A stretch of 64,000 bases of DNA from an uncultured Acidimicrobiales bacterium (GTDB lineage: Bacteria > Actinomycetota > Acidimicrobiia > Acidimicrobiales > SZUA-35): assembly GCA_937958015.1 (NCBI GenBank), contig CALGOA010000050.1, positions 221 through 64,220 of the forward strand. Direction: 5' to 3'. The position numbers and the translations under genes were made by a program. Below, one piece after another: positions 10,733-20,570 of this stretch (its first letter is position 1; every line of letters starts with the position of its first letter). The notes under the pieces were generated by a model, which was not told the DNA's origin, did no database searches, and was given only the letters and a program-made list of their open reading frames with translations.

Positions 10733-12013
10733 TCAGGTGATTCGTTTGAGCACCATCGGTCGAACGGCCGGTTCGGCGTCGGAGAAGCCGAGACTCTCAA
10801 GACACAACGTTGAGGCGAGCTCGAATCGTGACTCGTCGTCGGCATACAGACGGAAGATGGTGTCGCCGGCTTCTACTTTTTCGCCGGGTTTGTGGACACA
10901 TTCAATGCCTGCGCCGTATTCGATCGTGTCTTCCTTGCGGGCTCGTCCAGCCCCCAGCCGCATCGAGGCGATGCCGACGGTGAGCGCATTCATCGAGTCG
11001 ATCCAGCCCGCTTGGGGAGCGACGACATCGAAGGTGTTTGCAGCCCGTGGCAGCGGGGCCTCGGGATCTCCACTGTGGCCTCGGACGATGTCGTTGTAGA
11101 TCGCCAGCGTGTCACCCGAGGCGAGCACTGCAGCCGGATCGGCATCGAGTCCGGCCAGACGGCACATTTCCTCAGCGAGCGCGATCGTGACGTCGATCAG
11201 ATCGGCTGGCCCGCCGCCCTGCATCACCTCGATCGACTCGTCGACCTCGAGCGTATTTCCCACCATCTTCCCGAGCGGCACATCCATCTGGGTGAGGAGC
11301 GCACTGGTGTTGACCCCGGCGTCCTTTCCGATCTGCACCATCGTCTCGGCCAACAACGTCGCATCGTCGACATTGGTCATGAACGCTCCGGCCCCCACCT
11401 TCACATCGAGGACCAGGTTCTGTGTCCCGCCGGCGATTTTCTTGCTCATGATCGACGATGCGATCAGAGGAATACTGGCCACCGTGCCGGTGGTGTCGCG
11501 CAGCTGGTAGAGCTTGGCATCGGCGGGAGCGATACGGGAACCGGCGGCTGCGAACACTCCACCGATCGTGTTGGACTGCTGGATCAACTGTTCGGGAGTG
11601 AGAAACGGATCGAAACCCGGATGGGACTGCAACTTGTCGATGGTCCCGCCGGTGTGGCCCAGACCCCGGCCTGCCAGCTGAGGCACCGAGGCCCCGCAGG
11701 CGATCATCAACGGGATCAGTATCAGCGAAACCTTGTCGCCAACGCCACCGGTGCTGTGTTTGTCGACGGTCGGGCGGACGATGCCGGACAGATCGGCCCG
11801 GTCGCCGGTGTCGATCATCGCTTCGGTCCACGTGTGCAGTTCGGCTGCGGTCATGCCGTTGAGAAAGACCGCCATACACAACGCAGCAGCCTGCTCGTCG
11901 GCGACGACGCCGTCGGTGTAGTTCGTGATGAACCATTGGATGGCGTCGGCGGGTAGTTCGTTGCCATCGCGCTTTTCGATGATGACGCTCGTGGCATCCC
12001 AGCGATCGGACAT
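10733..12013 (-). CDS. deoA: Thymidine/pyrimidine-nucleoside phosphorylase
   Basis: DKHSTGGVGDK, GRGLGHTGGT.DKL, SIMSKK, LDVKVGAGAF. Confidence 0.93.
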   Translation of the reverse strand: MSDRWDATSVIIEKRDGNELPADAIQWFITNYTDGVVADEQAAALCMAVFLNGMTAAELHTWTEAMIDTGDRADLSGIVRPTVDKHSTGGVGDKVSLILIPLMIACGASVPQLAGRGLGHTGGTIDKLQSHPGFDPFLTPEQLIQQSNTIGGVFAAAGSRIAPADAKLYQLRDTTGTVASIPLIASSIMSKKIAGGTQNLVLDVKVGAGAFMTNVDDATLLAETMVQIGKDAGVNTSALLTQMDVPLGKMVGNTLEVDESIEVMQGGGPADLIDVTIALAEEMCRLAGLDADPAAVLASGDTLAIYNDIVRGHSGDPEAPLPRAANTFDVVAPQAGWIDSMNALTVGIASMRLGAGRARKEDTIEYGAGIECVHKPGEKVEAGDTIFRLYADDESRFELASTLCLESLGFSDAEPAVRPMVLKRIT

Positions 12014-12014
12014 A

Positions 12015-12428
12015 TCAACCTCCCTCGAGGCGGTTCAGGTCGAAGTGGCCCGGCAGTAGCGACGCAATCGGTGTCGGGCCCGATGGTGTGTCGATCACCG
12101 CGTCGGGCGCGGCGTGCTCGACCAGCAGTTGCCGACAGCGACCGCACGGGCTGCAGTAGTCGCCGGATCCCGAGACCACAACGAGGGCCACGATCTTGCC
12201 AGCTTTGTGGCGGGCGAGGTCGGACACGATCCCGCACTCGGCGCACAGGCTGAGTCCGTAACTCACGTTTTCGACATTGCAGCCGGTCACGACCGCCCCA
12301 GACGTCGTCAGCGCTGCTGCTCCGACGTGGAAGTTCGAGTACGGAGCGTAGGAGTGTTCGGTCATCTTCCGGGCTGCGGTGCGAAGCAGGTTCCAGTCGA
12401 TCTCGGGCAGGGAACCGTCGGTGCTCAT
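12015..12428 (-). CDS. cdd: Cytidine deaminase
   Basis: YAPYSNFHVGAA, NVEN, CAE, PCGRCRQ; ATG 12428 overlaps the upp stop (ATGA). Confidence 0.93.
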   Translation of the reverse strand: MSTDGSLPEIDWNLLRTAARKMTEHSYAPYSNFHVGAAALTTSGAVVTGCNVENVSYGLSLCAECGIVSDLARHKAGKIVALVVVSGSGDYCSPCGRCRQLLVEHAAPDAVIDTPSGPTPIASLLPGHFDLNRLEGG

Positions 12429-13069
12429 TTGTCGGTGCCGTAGATTCGGTCGCCGGCGTCGCCCAACCCGGGGGTGATGTACTTGTTCGTGGTGAGGCCC
12501 GGATCCTTCGCCGCCAGCGTGATCGGCACATCGGGATGCGCTCCGTGCACGGCGGCGACACCTTCGGGGCAGCCGATGATGCACAACAGGCGCAGCTTCT
12601 CGGCGCCGTTCTGTTTCAGATGGTCAAGCGCAGCTACCGCCGACCCTCCCGTGGCGAGCATCGGGTCGACCACGATGACTTCACGTTCGGCTAGGCGGCT
12701 GGGCAGTTTGTCGTAGTACCAGGACGGCTCGTGGGTTTCCTCGTCCCGCTGCATGCCGAGGTGGCCGACGCGGGCATGGGGGACCAGGGTCAGGATGGCT
12801 TCGACCATCACCAGACCGGCGCGGAGAATGCCGATGATCGCCGGCGCAGGCTGCGTGAGGATCTGGGCGGTCGCGGTGTCGACGGGCGTTTCGATCGTGG
12901 TTTCGGTGGTGGCGAGATCCCGCAGCCCTTCGTAGGCGGTGAGCAGGGTGATCTCCGAACATGTGCGTCGAAACTGTTCGGGCTGGGTTTCGACCGAACG
13001 CAGCGTTGCGACCTTGTGGCTGACCAGAGGATGTTCGACGACGCGCAGGAGTGGACCCGACTCGTTCAC
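12425..13069 (-). CDS. upp: Uracil phosphoribosyltransferase
   Basis: ILRAG, PRPP motif VVDPMLATGGS, YITPGLGDAGDRIYGT. Confidence 0.95.
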   Translation of the reverse strand: MNESGPLLRVVEHPLVSHKVATLRSVETQPEQFRRTCSEITLLTAYEGLRDLATTETTIETPVDTATAQILTQPAPAIIGILRAGLVMVEAILTLVPHARVGHLGMQRDEETHEPSWYYDKLPSRLAEREVIVVDPMLATGGSAVAALDHLKQNGAEKLRLLCIIGCPEGVAAVHGAHPDVPITLAAKDPGLTTNKYITPGLGDAGDRIYGTDK

Positions 13070-14211
13070 TGGAAACGCCGGTTCATGAGAGCGGCCTCGG
13101 TTCGGCGGGCGAGCTCCCGGGCCTGTTCCATATCGTCTCCCAGAGCTGTCACATGGCCCAACTTACGCCCAGACCGCGGCCGCTTGCCATAGAGGTGCAC
13201 GCTGGCCCCCTCGACCGCCAGGGCTTCGTGCAGGTGATCGGCCGGATCAACCTCTTCGTATCCGCCGATGACGTTTACGGTGACGCTGGCCTTGGCCAGT
13301 GCGTGCGTGGGACCGAGCGGCAGGTCCAAGATCGCCCGCACGTGGTTCTCGAACTGGCTTGTCGGCGCATTCTCGAGCGTGTGGTGGCCGGCGTTGTGGG
13401 GGCGGGCGGCGACCTCGTTGACGATCAGTCCGCTGGTCGTGAGGAAGAACTCGACGGCGATCACACCCACCGCATCCAGTTCGCGGGCGATCTGGCGGGC
13501 CTTCTCCATAGCCTCGGTTGCTACTTTGCTGCCGATGGCGGCGGGAGCGCGGACCTCTCGACAGGCGCCATCGGCATTGGTGACTTCGGCGACGGGATAA
13601 CAGCGCGCATTGCCGCCGGGTCGCCGAGCCACCACGACGACCAGTTCTTTCACGATCGGCTGGAACTGTTCGATGAACAGTTCGCGATCCGCCTGTTCGG
13701 CCATCACCCGGAGGGCGTCGTTCTGATTGTCGACGACCCATGCGCCCCGTTCGGCTTGACCACCCGAACGAACCGATTTGATGACCGCCGGGAAGCCGAA
13801 CATCTTTGCGAAATCGAGGAGATCGTCGGGTCCCCGGAGATCGGCGTAGGGAGCAAAGTCATACCCGCGGTGGGTGAGGAATCGTCGCTGATGCATCTTG
13901 TCCAACGCGGCGCGGAGCGCCTTGGCGCCGGGGCGGATGATCTGCCCACCGGCCTCCATGTGTTCGAGCATGCCCAGGTCGATTCGTTCGTGCTCGAAGG
14001 TGACGACCTCACAGAGTTCGGCAAACGACGCCAACGCATCGGGGTGGCGGAAGCTGGCGCCCGGTGCGGCGAGGGCCGCGGAATCGCCGGAGTCCTCGGC
14101 CATGAGGCGGGGCGTGATGCCGAGTTTCACCGCCGCACTATGAATCATTCGAGCGATCTGGCCCGACCCGACAATGCCCAGCGGGTAGATCGAAGGAAGC
14201 TCATTTGGCAC
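13066..14211 (-). CDS. purK: N5-carboxyaminoimidazole ribonucleotide synthase-like ATP-grasp protein
   Basis: GSGQIARM, VTFEHE, NEVAARPHNAGH, SQFENHVRA, LYGK..RxGRKLGH. Confidence 0.82.
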   Translation of the reverse strand: MPNELPSIYPLGIVGSGQIARMIHSAAVKLGITPRLMAEDSGDSAALAAPGASFRHPDALASFAELCEVVTFEHERIDLGMLEHMEAGGQIIRPGAKALRAALDKMHQRRFLTHRGYDFAPYADLRGPDDLLDFAKMFGFPAVIKSVRSGGQAERGAWVVDNQNDALRVMAEQADRELFIEQFQPIVKELVVVVARRPGGNARCYPVAEVTNADGACREVRAPAAIGSKVATEAMEKARQIARELDAVGVIAVEFFLTTSGLIVNEVAARPHNAGHHTLENAPTSQFENHVRAILDLPLGPTHALAKASVTVNVIGGYEEVDPADHLHEALAVEGASVHLYGKRPRSGRKLGHVTALGDDMEQARELARRTEAALMNRRFQ

Positions 14212-14297
14212 CCTCTCAGACTACTGCGGGCACGCCGATCACGTGATCTGCGCGGGGTTGTTTCGAGCGAGGGTGAATCTCCGGGTTTGGCCGGGGT

Positions 14298-15929
14298 TTG
14301 ACCCGAACCGCGACCCGTATCGATCTAGTCTCGAACGAAGTGGATCAGAACCGTCGGCGCTTTCTCATCAGTCTTGGTTATGGCGCCACCAGCGTCGCCG
14401 CTTTGGGTGCGATCGGAGCGGTCTCCACCACCGGCCCCTCCAACAAACCCAACCCCGATCCCACCGATCCCACCGAACCACCGCCCGACGGTATGGCCAG
14501 CAATGAGATTCAGGTGGAAGGCCAGACGCAGGTCCCGACGACACCGCCGGTCCTCGATCCCTCCCTCATGGTCGACCCATCGACCAACTTTGATGTTGTT
14601 CTTTCGGGCGGCCGGGTGATGGATCCGGCGACCGAATTCGATCAGGTGATGAACGTCGGAATTCTGAATGGGGTGATCGGCTACATAGGACCCGAACCGC
14701 TCACCGGTCAGACCATGATCGACGCCACCAACCAGGTGGTCGGCCCCGGGTTCATCGACATCCTCAGCTACCGACCCAACCCTTTCGGGGTGTGGTTCAA
14801 AGTCGCCGACGGTGTCACCACCAACCTCGGGATGCACGGCATCAACAACTACGCAAATGCGTTCTTCAACCGTTTCACCGGTGCGGTGCCGGTCAACTTT
14901 GGCGGCGCCTTCCATCAGCAGTTCCATCGAGGCCTCCTGAACGCCGCCCCCGATCGTGCCCTTAGCGCCCCTCAACTCACGAAGTTCGAGCAGGTCGCTA
15001 CCGAACAGCTGGCTAACGGCTTCGCCGGAATCGCGTTCTCGCCCGAGTACGCGCCGGGAACCACGACCGATGAAATTCTCCGAATCGCAGACAAGGTGCG
15101 GGACCGCAATGGAGTTCTCTTCTTCCATGCCCGCCATAGCGACGACGAAGCGCCGGGCACCAACGCCGAGGCGGTAGCGGAGATCCTGGACGTCGCCCGT
15201 GAGACGGGACTGGGCGTCCACATCTCCCACATCACCAGCACCGGCGGCACGTTCACGATGGCCGACACGCTGGCCACGGTGAATCAGGCCCGGGCGGAGG
15301 GCATCGACGTGACAGCGTGCCTGTACCCGTACGACTTCTGGGCTACCCGGCTCGGCAGTTTCCGATTCGCCGGCGACTGGCGTCAACGATTCAGAATCGA
15401 CTACGGCGATCTTCAGATCGGTGGCACCGATATTCGGCTTACCGCCGATACCTACGAACAGGCCAGGGCCGAGAACAAACTGGTCGCGGCGTTGGGATCC
15501 ATCCCTGCCGACGAGGTCGACATGGCGATGCAGGCCCCGTGGACCATCGTCGCCTCCGACGCGATCGCCGAACCCGATGGCAACAATCATCCGCGGGCCG
15601 CCGGCACCTTCGCTCGGACCCTCGGTGTCTATGTCAGAGAACGTCAGGTCCTCAGCCTGATGCAGGGACTCGGCAAGATGACGATCCTTCCTGCCCAGCG
15701 GGTGGAGGGGATGTTGCCCGCGATGGCCCGCAAGGGTCGGATGCAGATCGGCGCTGACGCAGATATCACCGTGTTCGATCCCGCCACGATCATCGACCGG
15801 GCCACCGTCGAGGTTCCCGGAACCGAATCGGCGGGAATCAGTACCGTGCTCGTGAACGGAGTTGGTGTGCTCGAAGGCGGTGTGTTGCGCCGCGACCGCC
15901 TACCCGGCGAGGCCCTCCGAGCCAGCTGA
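14298..15929 (+). CDS. Tat-exported amidohydrolase (D-aminoacylase-like)
   Basis: RRRFL Tat motif plus hydrophobic stretch; PGFID, GVTT, HISH, ASD, HPRAAGTF, GADAD.TVFDP; start uncertain. Confidence 0.8.
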   Translation: MTRTATRIDLVSNEVDQNRRRFLISLGYGATSVAALGAIGAVSTTGPSNKPNPDPTDPTEPPPDGMASNEIQVEGQTQVPTTPPVLDPSLMVDPSTNFDVVLSGGRVMDPATEFDQVMNVGILNGVIGYIGPEPLTGQTMIDATNQVVGPGFIDILSYRPNPFGVWFKVADGVTTNLGMHGINNYANAFFNRFTGAVPVNFGGAFHQQFHRGLLNAAPDRALSAPQLTKFEQVATEQLANGFAGIAFSPEYAPGTTTDEILRIADKVRDRNGVLFFHARHSDDEAPGTNAEAVAEILDVARETGLGVHISHITSTGGTFTMADTLATVNQARAEGIDVTACLYPYDFWATRLGSFRFAGDWRQRFRIDYGDLQIGGTDIRLTADTYEQARAENKLVAALGSIPADEVDMAMQAPWTIVASDAIAEPDGNNHPRAAGTFARTLGVYVRERQVLSLMQGLGKMTILPAQRVEGMLPAMARKGRMQIGADADITVFDPATIIDRATVEVPGTESAGISTVLVNGVGVLEGGVLRRDRLPGEALRAS

Positions 15930-15957
15930 TGAAGGGCCCGAGCCCAGGTATCGCCCC

Positions 15958-16437
15958 ATGGTGAAACACTCGGCGGGCATCGTGTTGTGGCGCTCCTCCC
16001 GCGAGGACGGCCATCCGGAACTTCTCCTCGCCCATCCCGGCGGCCCGTTCTGGAAGGGCAAGAATCAGCACGGATGGAGCATTCCAAAGGGCGAATTCGA
16101 TCCCGATGAGGAGAAGCCGATGCATGCCGCGCGGCGGGAATTCGCCGAAGAGCTTGGCAGCGCGGCGCCAGAGGACGACGAGTTGCTCGAACTGCCGGTC
16201 GTCAAGGCGTCCGGAAAACACATCTACCCGTTTCTGGCTAGGGGCGACTTCGATCCTGAATCGTTAGTCAGCAACATGACCGAGATCGAATGGCCCCCTC
16301 GGTCGGGCACTCGAATCTCGATTCCCGAGGTCGATGCGGTGGCATGGATTCGCCTCGAATCAGCGCGTGAGTACCTGCACAAGGGGCAGGCTCGGATCGT
16401 CGAGCACGTGCGGGCCGAGCTGGAGGTCCAGGACTGA
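15958..16437 (+). CDS. NUDIX hydrolase
   Basis: HPGGPFW, WSIPKGE...AARREFAEELG Nudix box. Confidence 0.88.
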   Translation: MVKHSAGIVLWRSSREDGHPELLLAHPGGPFWKGKNQHGWSIPKGEFDPDEEKPMHAARREFAEELGSAAPEDDELLELPVVKASGKHIYPFLARGDFDPESLVSNMTEIEWPPRSGTRISIPEVDAVAWIRLESAREYLHKGQARIVEHVRAELEVQD

Positions 16438-16445
16438 CACGGGCA

Positions 16446-16877
16446 TTAGAGCTTGGCGGCGAAACGGCCAACGAGCGTTCGCAGCTGCTCGACGTACTCG
16501 GCATGGGCGCTGCCCTGGCCCTCGAGCGATTCGATGAAACGCTGCATGATGTGGAACGTGACCACGCCGTGAGCAGCCAGATCGTCCTCGGTCACCCATG
16601 CCGCAACGGTGGCCGAATGCAGCGCCCGTTCCAGTGAATGCAGCAGGAACTCGGCTTTGTCGGGTTCGAGATCTCCACGCCAGCTGAAGGACTTCTCACC
16701 AAGGTTTAACTGGGCCGCCCAGTCGTCGACCAGATCACACCAGTCGTTCAAGAGGCTCTTGGCAAACTGGCTGTCCATGTCGCCCGGCTCGGTGCGCAGA
16801 TCACACATGAGTCGACGGGCGAAACGGAGCCAACCCTCCATCTGGGGGGCATCGACCGGACCGAGGTGAACCAGCAC
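16446..16877 (-). CDS. Hypothetical protein
   Basis: 143-aa ORF filling the gap between flanking genes; TACGAT -10 just upstream. Confidence 0.6.
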   Translation of the reverse strand: MLVHLGPVDAPQMEGWLRFARRLMCDLRTEPGDMDSQFAKSLLNDWCDLVDDWAAQLNLGEKSFSWRGDLEPDKAEFLLHSLERALHSATVAAWVTEDDLAAHGVVTFHIMQRFIESLEGQGSAHAEYVEQLRTLVGRFAAKL

Positions 16878-16913
16878 ATGGAAAATCGTACCGGTCGTGG
16901 AATGATGTCGCCC

Positions 16914-17891
16914 ATGACCATTCGATTCGGTGTCTTCGGCGCCGCCCGCATCTCCGACAAGGCCCTGTACGTCCCGGCTCGTGATACCGACGGGGTTTCA
17001 CTCGAAGCGATTGCCGCTCGAGACCGCAGCCGAGCCCAGGCTCACGCCGACCAGTACGGCATTACTCGGGTACTCGACAGCTACGACGCCCTGCTCGCCG
17101 ATCCCGAGGTTGACGCGATCTACAACCCGCTGCCCGTCAACCTGCATCACACCTGGACTATCCGGGCACTCGAGGCTGGAAAACATGTTCTGAGCGAGAA
17201 ACCCTTTGCCGCCAACGCCGACCTGGCCCGTGACATCGTGGCTGCCGCCGAGGCCAGCGGCATGGTGTGTATGGAGGCCTACCACTGGCGTTATCACCCG
17301 TTGGCCGATCGGATTCGCCAGATCCTCGATTCGGGCGACCTCGGTGACATCGAGCGGGTCGACTCGGCGTTCGACGTGTACATCGACCCCTCCGACGATG
17401 TACGACACTCGTTCGAGTTGAGCGGTGGTGCGCTGATGGATCTCGGCTGTTATCCGGTTCAGTGGGCCCGTTGGGTGATGCCCGGCCAGGAGCCCAGGGT
17501 TATCTCGGCCACGATGGAGCAGGGTCGCCCCAACGCTGACGTCGACACCACGATCCAGATCGAATACCCGAACGGGGTGCCCGGAACGCTCGGCACGAAG
17601 ATGACGGCCGGTACCGAGTTCCACGCTGAGCTCAAGGTCACCGGCTCCAAGGCCACGCTGGTGGTGACCAACCCTCTCGCTCCCCACAACGGCAATCGGG
17701 TGGTTGTGGAGGAGCTGGGAATCGACGAGGAGATCGAGGGTCGGACCACCTACCACCATCAGATGGAGGCGTTCGTCGATGTGGTGGTCAACGGGGCCGA
17801 GATGCCAACCGGCGGTACGGACGCCATCGCCACGATGGAGTTCATCGACGCCGCCTACGAGGCTGCCGGCCTACCTCGCCGCACCGCCTGA
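16914..17891 (+). CDS. Gfo/Idh/MocA family oxidoreductase
   Basis: GVFGAARI, YNPLP..LH, HVLSEKP, GGALMDLGCY. Confidence 0.9.
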   Translation: MTIRFGVFGAARISDKALYVPARDTDGVSLEAIAARDRSRAQAHADQYGITRVLDSYDALLADPEVDAIYNPLPVNLHHTWTIRALEAGKHVLSEKPFAANADLARDIVAAAEASGMVCMEAYHWRYHPLADRIRQILDSGDLGDIERVDSAFDVYIDPSDDVRHSFELSGGALMDLGCYPVQWARWVMPGQEPRVISATMEQGRPNADVDTTIQIEYPNGVPGTLGTKMTAGTEFHAELKVTGSKATLVVTNPLAPHNGNRVVVEELGIDEEIEGRTTYHHQMEAFVDVVVNGAEMPTGGTDAIATMEFIDAAYEAAGLPRRTA

Positions 17892-17892
17892 C

Positions 17893-18504
17893 ATGTCCGA
17901 CGACTTCCTCTCCAACGTGTACGACCTCGACTCTCAGGAGAAGACCGACGCCTACTACTCGAAGTGGGCGCCGACGTATGACCGGGAGTTGATCGACAAC
18001 GGATACCGGTCACCGCAACGGTGCGCCGAGGCGTTGGCCCAGTTCGTCGGTCCGGATCAGCCGATTCTCGACATCGGATGTGGCACCGGCCTGTCGGGCC
18101 GGGCCCTCGCCGCGGTGGGTTTCACAAACGTCTCGGGCCAGGACGTCAATGCCGAGATGGTCGAGGTCGCCCGCGCCGCCGACATCTACCGCGAGCTCAG
18201 GGTTGTGGATCCCGCCAACTCATTCCCATTCGACGTGGGAACCTACGACGCGATGGCTGCCGTTGGAGTGATCGGCGCCGGCGCCGCACCGGCCTCGGTT
18301 CTTCCCGAGAGTCTGTCGCGGCTCGCTCCGGGCGGGCATCTGGTGTTCTCGTTCAACGATCATGTCATCGAAGACTCCGAGTATGCGGACGTGTTGGCCG
18401 AGCAGCTTGATTCCGGTGTCGCCGAGTCGGTCTTCTGTGAATACGGACCTCACATCGAGGCATTGGGATCGGGTGCGAACGTTTACGTGCTGCGTCGGCT
18501 CTAA
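17893..18504 (+). CDS. Class I SAM-dependent methyltransferase
   Basis: LDIGCGTGL motif I, YSKWAPTYD N-terminus. Confidence 0.88.
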   Translation: MSDDFLSNVYDLDSQEKTDAYYSKWAPTYDRELIDNGYRSPQRCAEALAQFVGPDQPILDIGCGTGLSGRALAAVGFTNVSGQDVNAEMVEVARAADIYRELRVVDPANSFPFDVGTYDAMAAVGVIGAGAAPASVLPESLSRLAPGGHLVFSFNDHVIEDSEYADVLAEQLDSGVAESVFCEYGPHIEALGSGANVYVLRRL

Positions 18505-18507
18505 ACC

Positions 18508-19188
18508 TCAGTAGGCCATTCGGACGGGTCGATCCTCGGCGTCAGCCCGGCCGTCACCGAGCAGCGCTGCCGTTCCGGCCCGAAGATGCTGCGCGGTCAC
18601 GAGCAATACGAGGGCATCCAGTGCATCCTCGACCGGCATGGTCCGGTTCGCCAGCAGATCGTCAACCTCGGAGACGCCAAACCGCTGGCCCAGCAACTCG
18701 GTTCTGAGCTTGGCTCCCGCAGTTGACTTCTTCGGGTGGGGGAGTGGTGAACCGTACAGCCGCATGAACGCCAATTCCGGATGGGCCTCGACGATGTGTC
18801 GGCGGCGTTCCTCCGAAACGAGGAGGGAATCTACCTCGGCGATCTTGGGTATCAGGTTGTACGCCTGGATCGAAAGGGACTTGCCGGTCGCCGCGATCAT
18901 CAGACGTTTAGCATCGGCGTAGTCGGCGGCAGCTAGAACCGAGCGGTGTGGCGGAGCAAACACCGACGAACGTCGGGGTCCCAACAGCCGTCGTGCTTGG
19001 AAGTCGCAACTGCGATCTCCAGGGAGGCCGATCGGCATATCGATCGCAACGCAACCCGGAGGTCCGGTGTCGAGATGGTGAACGAGCGCCGTCAGGTCTC
19101 TAGCGAACGAGAGGTCGACATGGCCGTCGGCGCATCGTGCGATCGCCCAGCCACCGGGAGCGCCATCGACTCCTGCGACAACCTCCAC
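18508..19188 (-). CDS. DUF429 family protein (predicted RNase H-like nuclease)
   Basis: GVDG...W, AIDMPIGL, EAHPE, DALDA. Confidence 0.8.
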   Translation of the reverse strand: MEVVAGVDGAPGGWAIARCADGHVDLSFARDLTALVHHLDTGPPGCVAIDMPIGLPGDRSCDFQARRLLGPRRSSVFAPPHRSVLAAADYADAKRLMIAATGKSLSIQAYNLIPKIAEVDSLLVSEERRRHIVEAHPELAFMRLYGSPLPHPKKSTAGAKLRTELLGQRFGVSEVDDLLANRTMPVEDALDALVLLVTAQHLRAGTAALLGDGRADAEDRPVRMAY

Positions 19189-19196
19189 CGCCAGCC

Positions 19197-19964
19197 CTAG
19201 AGATCGGCGATGAGTTTGAATACTTCGGCGTGGGACATACCGGCCGCAGCTCCCGCCTCGGTCAGCTTGGTCTCGACCCGCTGTTCGAACTGTTCCATCG
19301 AACCACCCTCGCCTTTGATCATGGTCGACTCGAACTGGCTCTCATGTTGTTGCAGCGCCAACATTTTCATGGCGGCGAAAGCGCTGACGTCTTCGGCGTG
19401 ATCGGGTTCGTCCGCCTCCCACAGCAACAGTTGATCCGGTCGAAAGTGGGGCACACCCTGTTCGGGAAAGAACTTGGGATCGCGGGCGGCAACGATGCCT
19501 TCACACGCCAGCAGACCGGCGTGACGATGGTCAGGGTGGAGTCGGTATCGCTTCCAGGGATCGTGGCCGAGGACGATGGTGGGCCGTAGCCGACGGATCC
19601 ACAGCGCAACCTGGGCCCGCGCCTGCAGGTGAGAAGGCAGTTCCCCGTCGGTGTAGCCGAGAAAGGCGACCTCACCGGTAGCTCCAAGAGCCCGTGTAGC
19701 TGCGGTCTGTTCCCGCTGCCGGGTGGCGATCAGCTCGGTCTCGTCGGTGGTTGGATCCCACGTTCCCTTCGATCCGTCGGTACATACCAGCACGCTGACC
19801 TCACAACCATCGGCCGCCCACTTGGCCAACGTTCCGCCGCATCCGAAGTCGGTGTCGTCGGGATGGGCCCCGATGGCCAACGCCCGTTCAGGGGTTGGAA
19901 GGTTGCTGGTGTTGAGCTTCATCGTGAACGGCTCCGGGGTGAGGGGATTCTGGGCGGCGGTCAT
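19197..19964 (-). CDS. PIG-L/LmbE family deacetylase
   Basis: AHPDD, TDGSKG, HPDH; start overlaps the cofC stop. Confidence 0.88.
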   Translation of the reverse strand: MTAAQNPLTPEPFTMKLNTSNLPTPERALAIGAHPDDTDFGCGGTLAKWAADGCEVSVLVCTDGSKGTWDPTTDETELIATRQREQTAATRALGATGEVAFLGYTDGELPSHLQARAQVALWIRRLRPTIVLGHDPWKRYRLHPDHRHAGLLACEGIVAARDPKFFPEQGVPHFRPDQLLLWEADEPDHAEDVSAFAAMKMLALQQHESQFESTMIKGEGGSMEQFEQRVETKLTEAGAAAGMSHAEVFKLIADL

Positions 19965-20560
19965 GGGGTCGACCTTTCGTCGGATCGATGATCTTCGAGA
20001 TAGAGCGCGAGGTCCTCTGGGGTGTCTACGTCGAGGCCCATGGTGTCATTGATGATCTCGCACGGGAGATCCAAGCGGGCCGCTTCGTCGGCGTGTTTCC
20101 GCATCGATCCCACGCCGTAGGCGAACCGGAATCCGGTGCCGGTTGGGATGCTGACGATATTGGAGCCGTCGGCGTGGCGATCGGTCCCGACGATCACGCG
20201 GTTGTCCGTTCGGTCGAAGGTTTCGAAACCGTCGGGCGAGGCAAGGTCGCCGTGGGTCACGATGACTCTGCGGACGCCTTCATGGTCGAGTTGGTCCACT
20301 GCGGCCTGTACCGCTGGACTGAGACCGCCGCCCCGCCAGATGACCTGGGCATCGTGGGTCAACGCGAATTCCGCGACCGCCCGGCTGTTGCAAACAACGA
20401 AACGGGGAAAGTCTCTGGCTGCGGCTAGCACCCCGGCGGCAAGGGTCCGCATCAGATCCTCCCGTTCGTTTTCGGTGAGCGAGGTGCCCAGCCGACCCTT
20501 CGCCGCTGCGAACGACTTCAACGGGACCAGAACGGCAGTGGTGTTCGCCGCGGCGGTCAT
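19961..20560 (-). CDS. cofC: 2-phospho-L-lactate/PEP guanylyltransferase (F420 biosynthesis)
   Basis: VPLKSFAAAKGRL, HGDL, DGSN, F.YG.GS..H, LDVDTPEDL. Confidence 0.85.
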   Translation of the reverse strand: MTAAANTTAVLVPLKSFAAAKGRLGTSLTENEREDLMRTLAAGVLAAARDFPRFVVCNSRAVAEFALTHDAQVIWRGGGLSPAVQAAVDQLDHEGVRRVIVTHGDLASPDGFETFDRTDNRVIVGTDRHADGSNIVSIPTGTGFRFAYGVGSMRKHADEAARLDLPCEIINDTMGLDVDTPEDLALYLEDHRSDERSTP

Positions 20561-20570
20561 CCGAGCAACG

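Noticed and set aside
18508-19188. DUF429 nuclease as an anti-phage defence gene
   Set aside because: It sits at the end of a housekeeping gpsA-cofC-deacetylase operon with no defence or mobile-element context.
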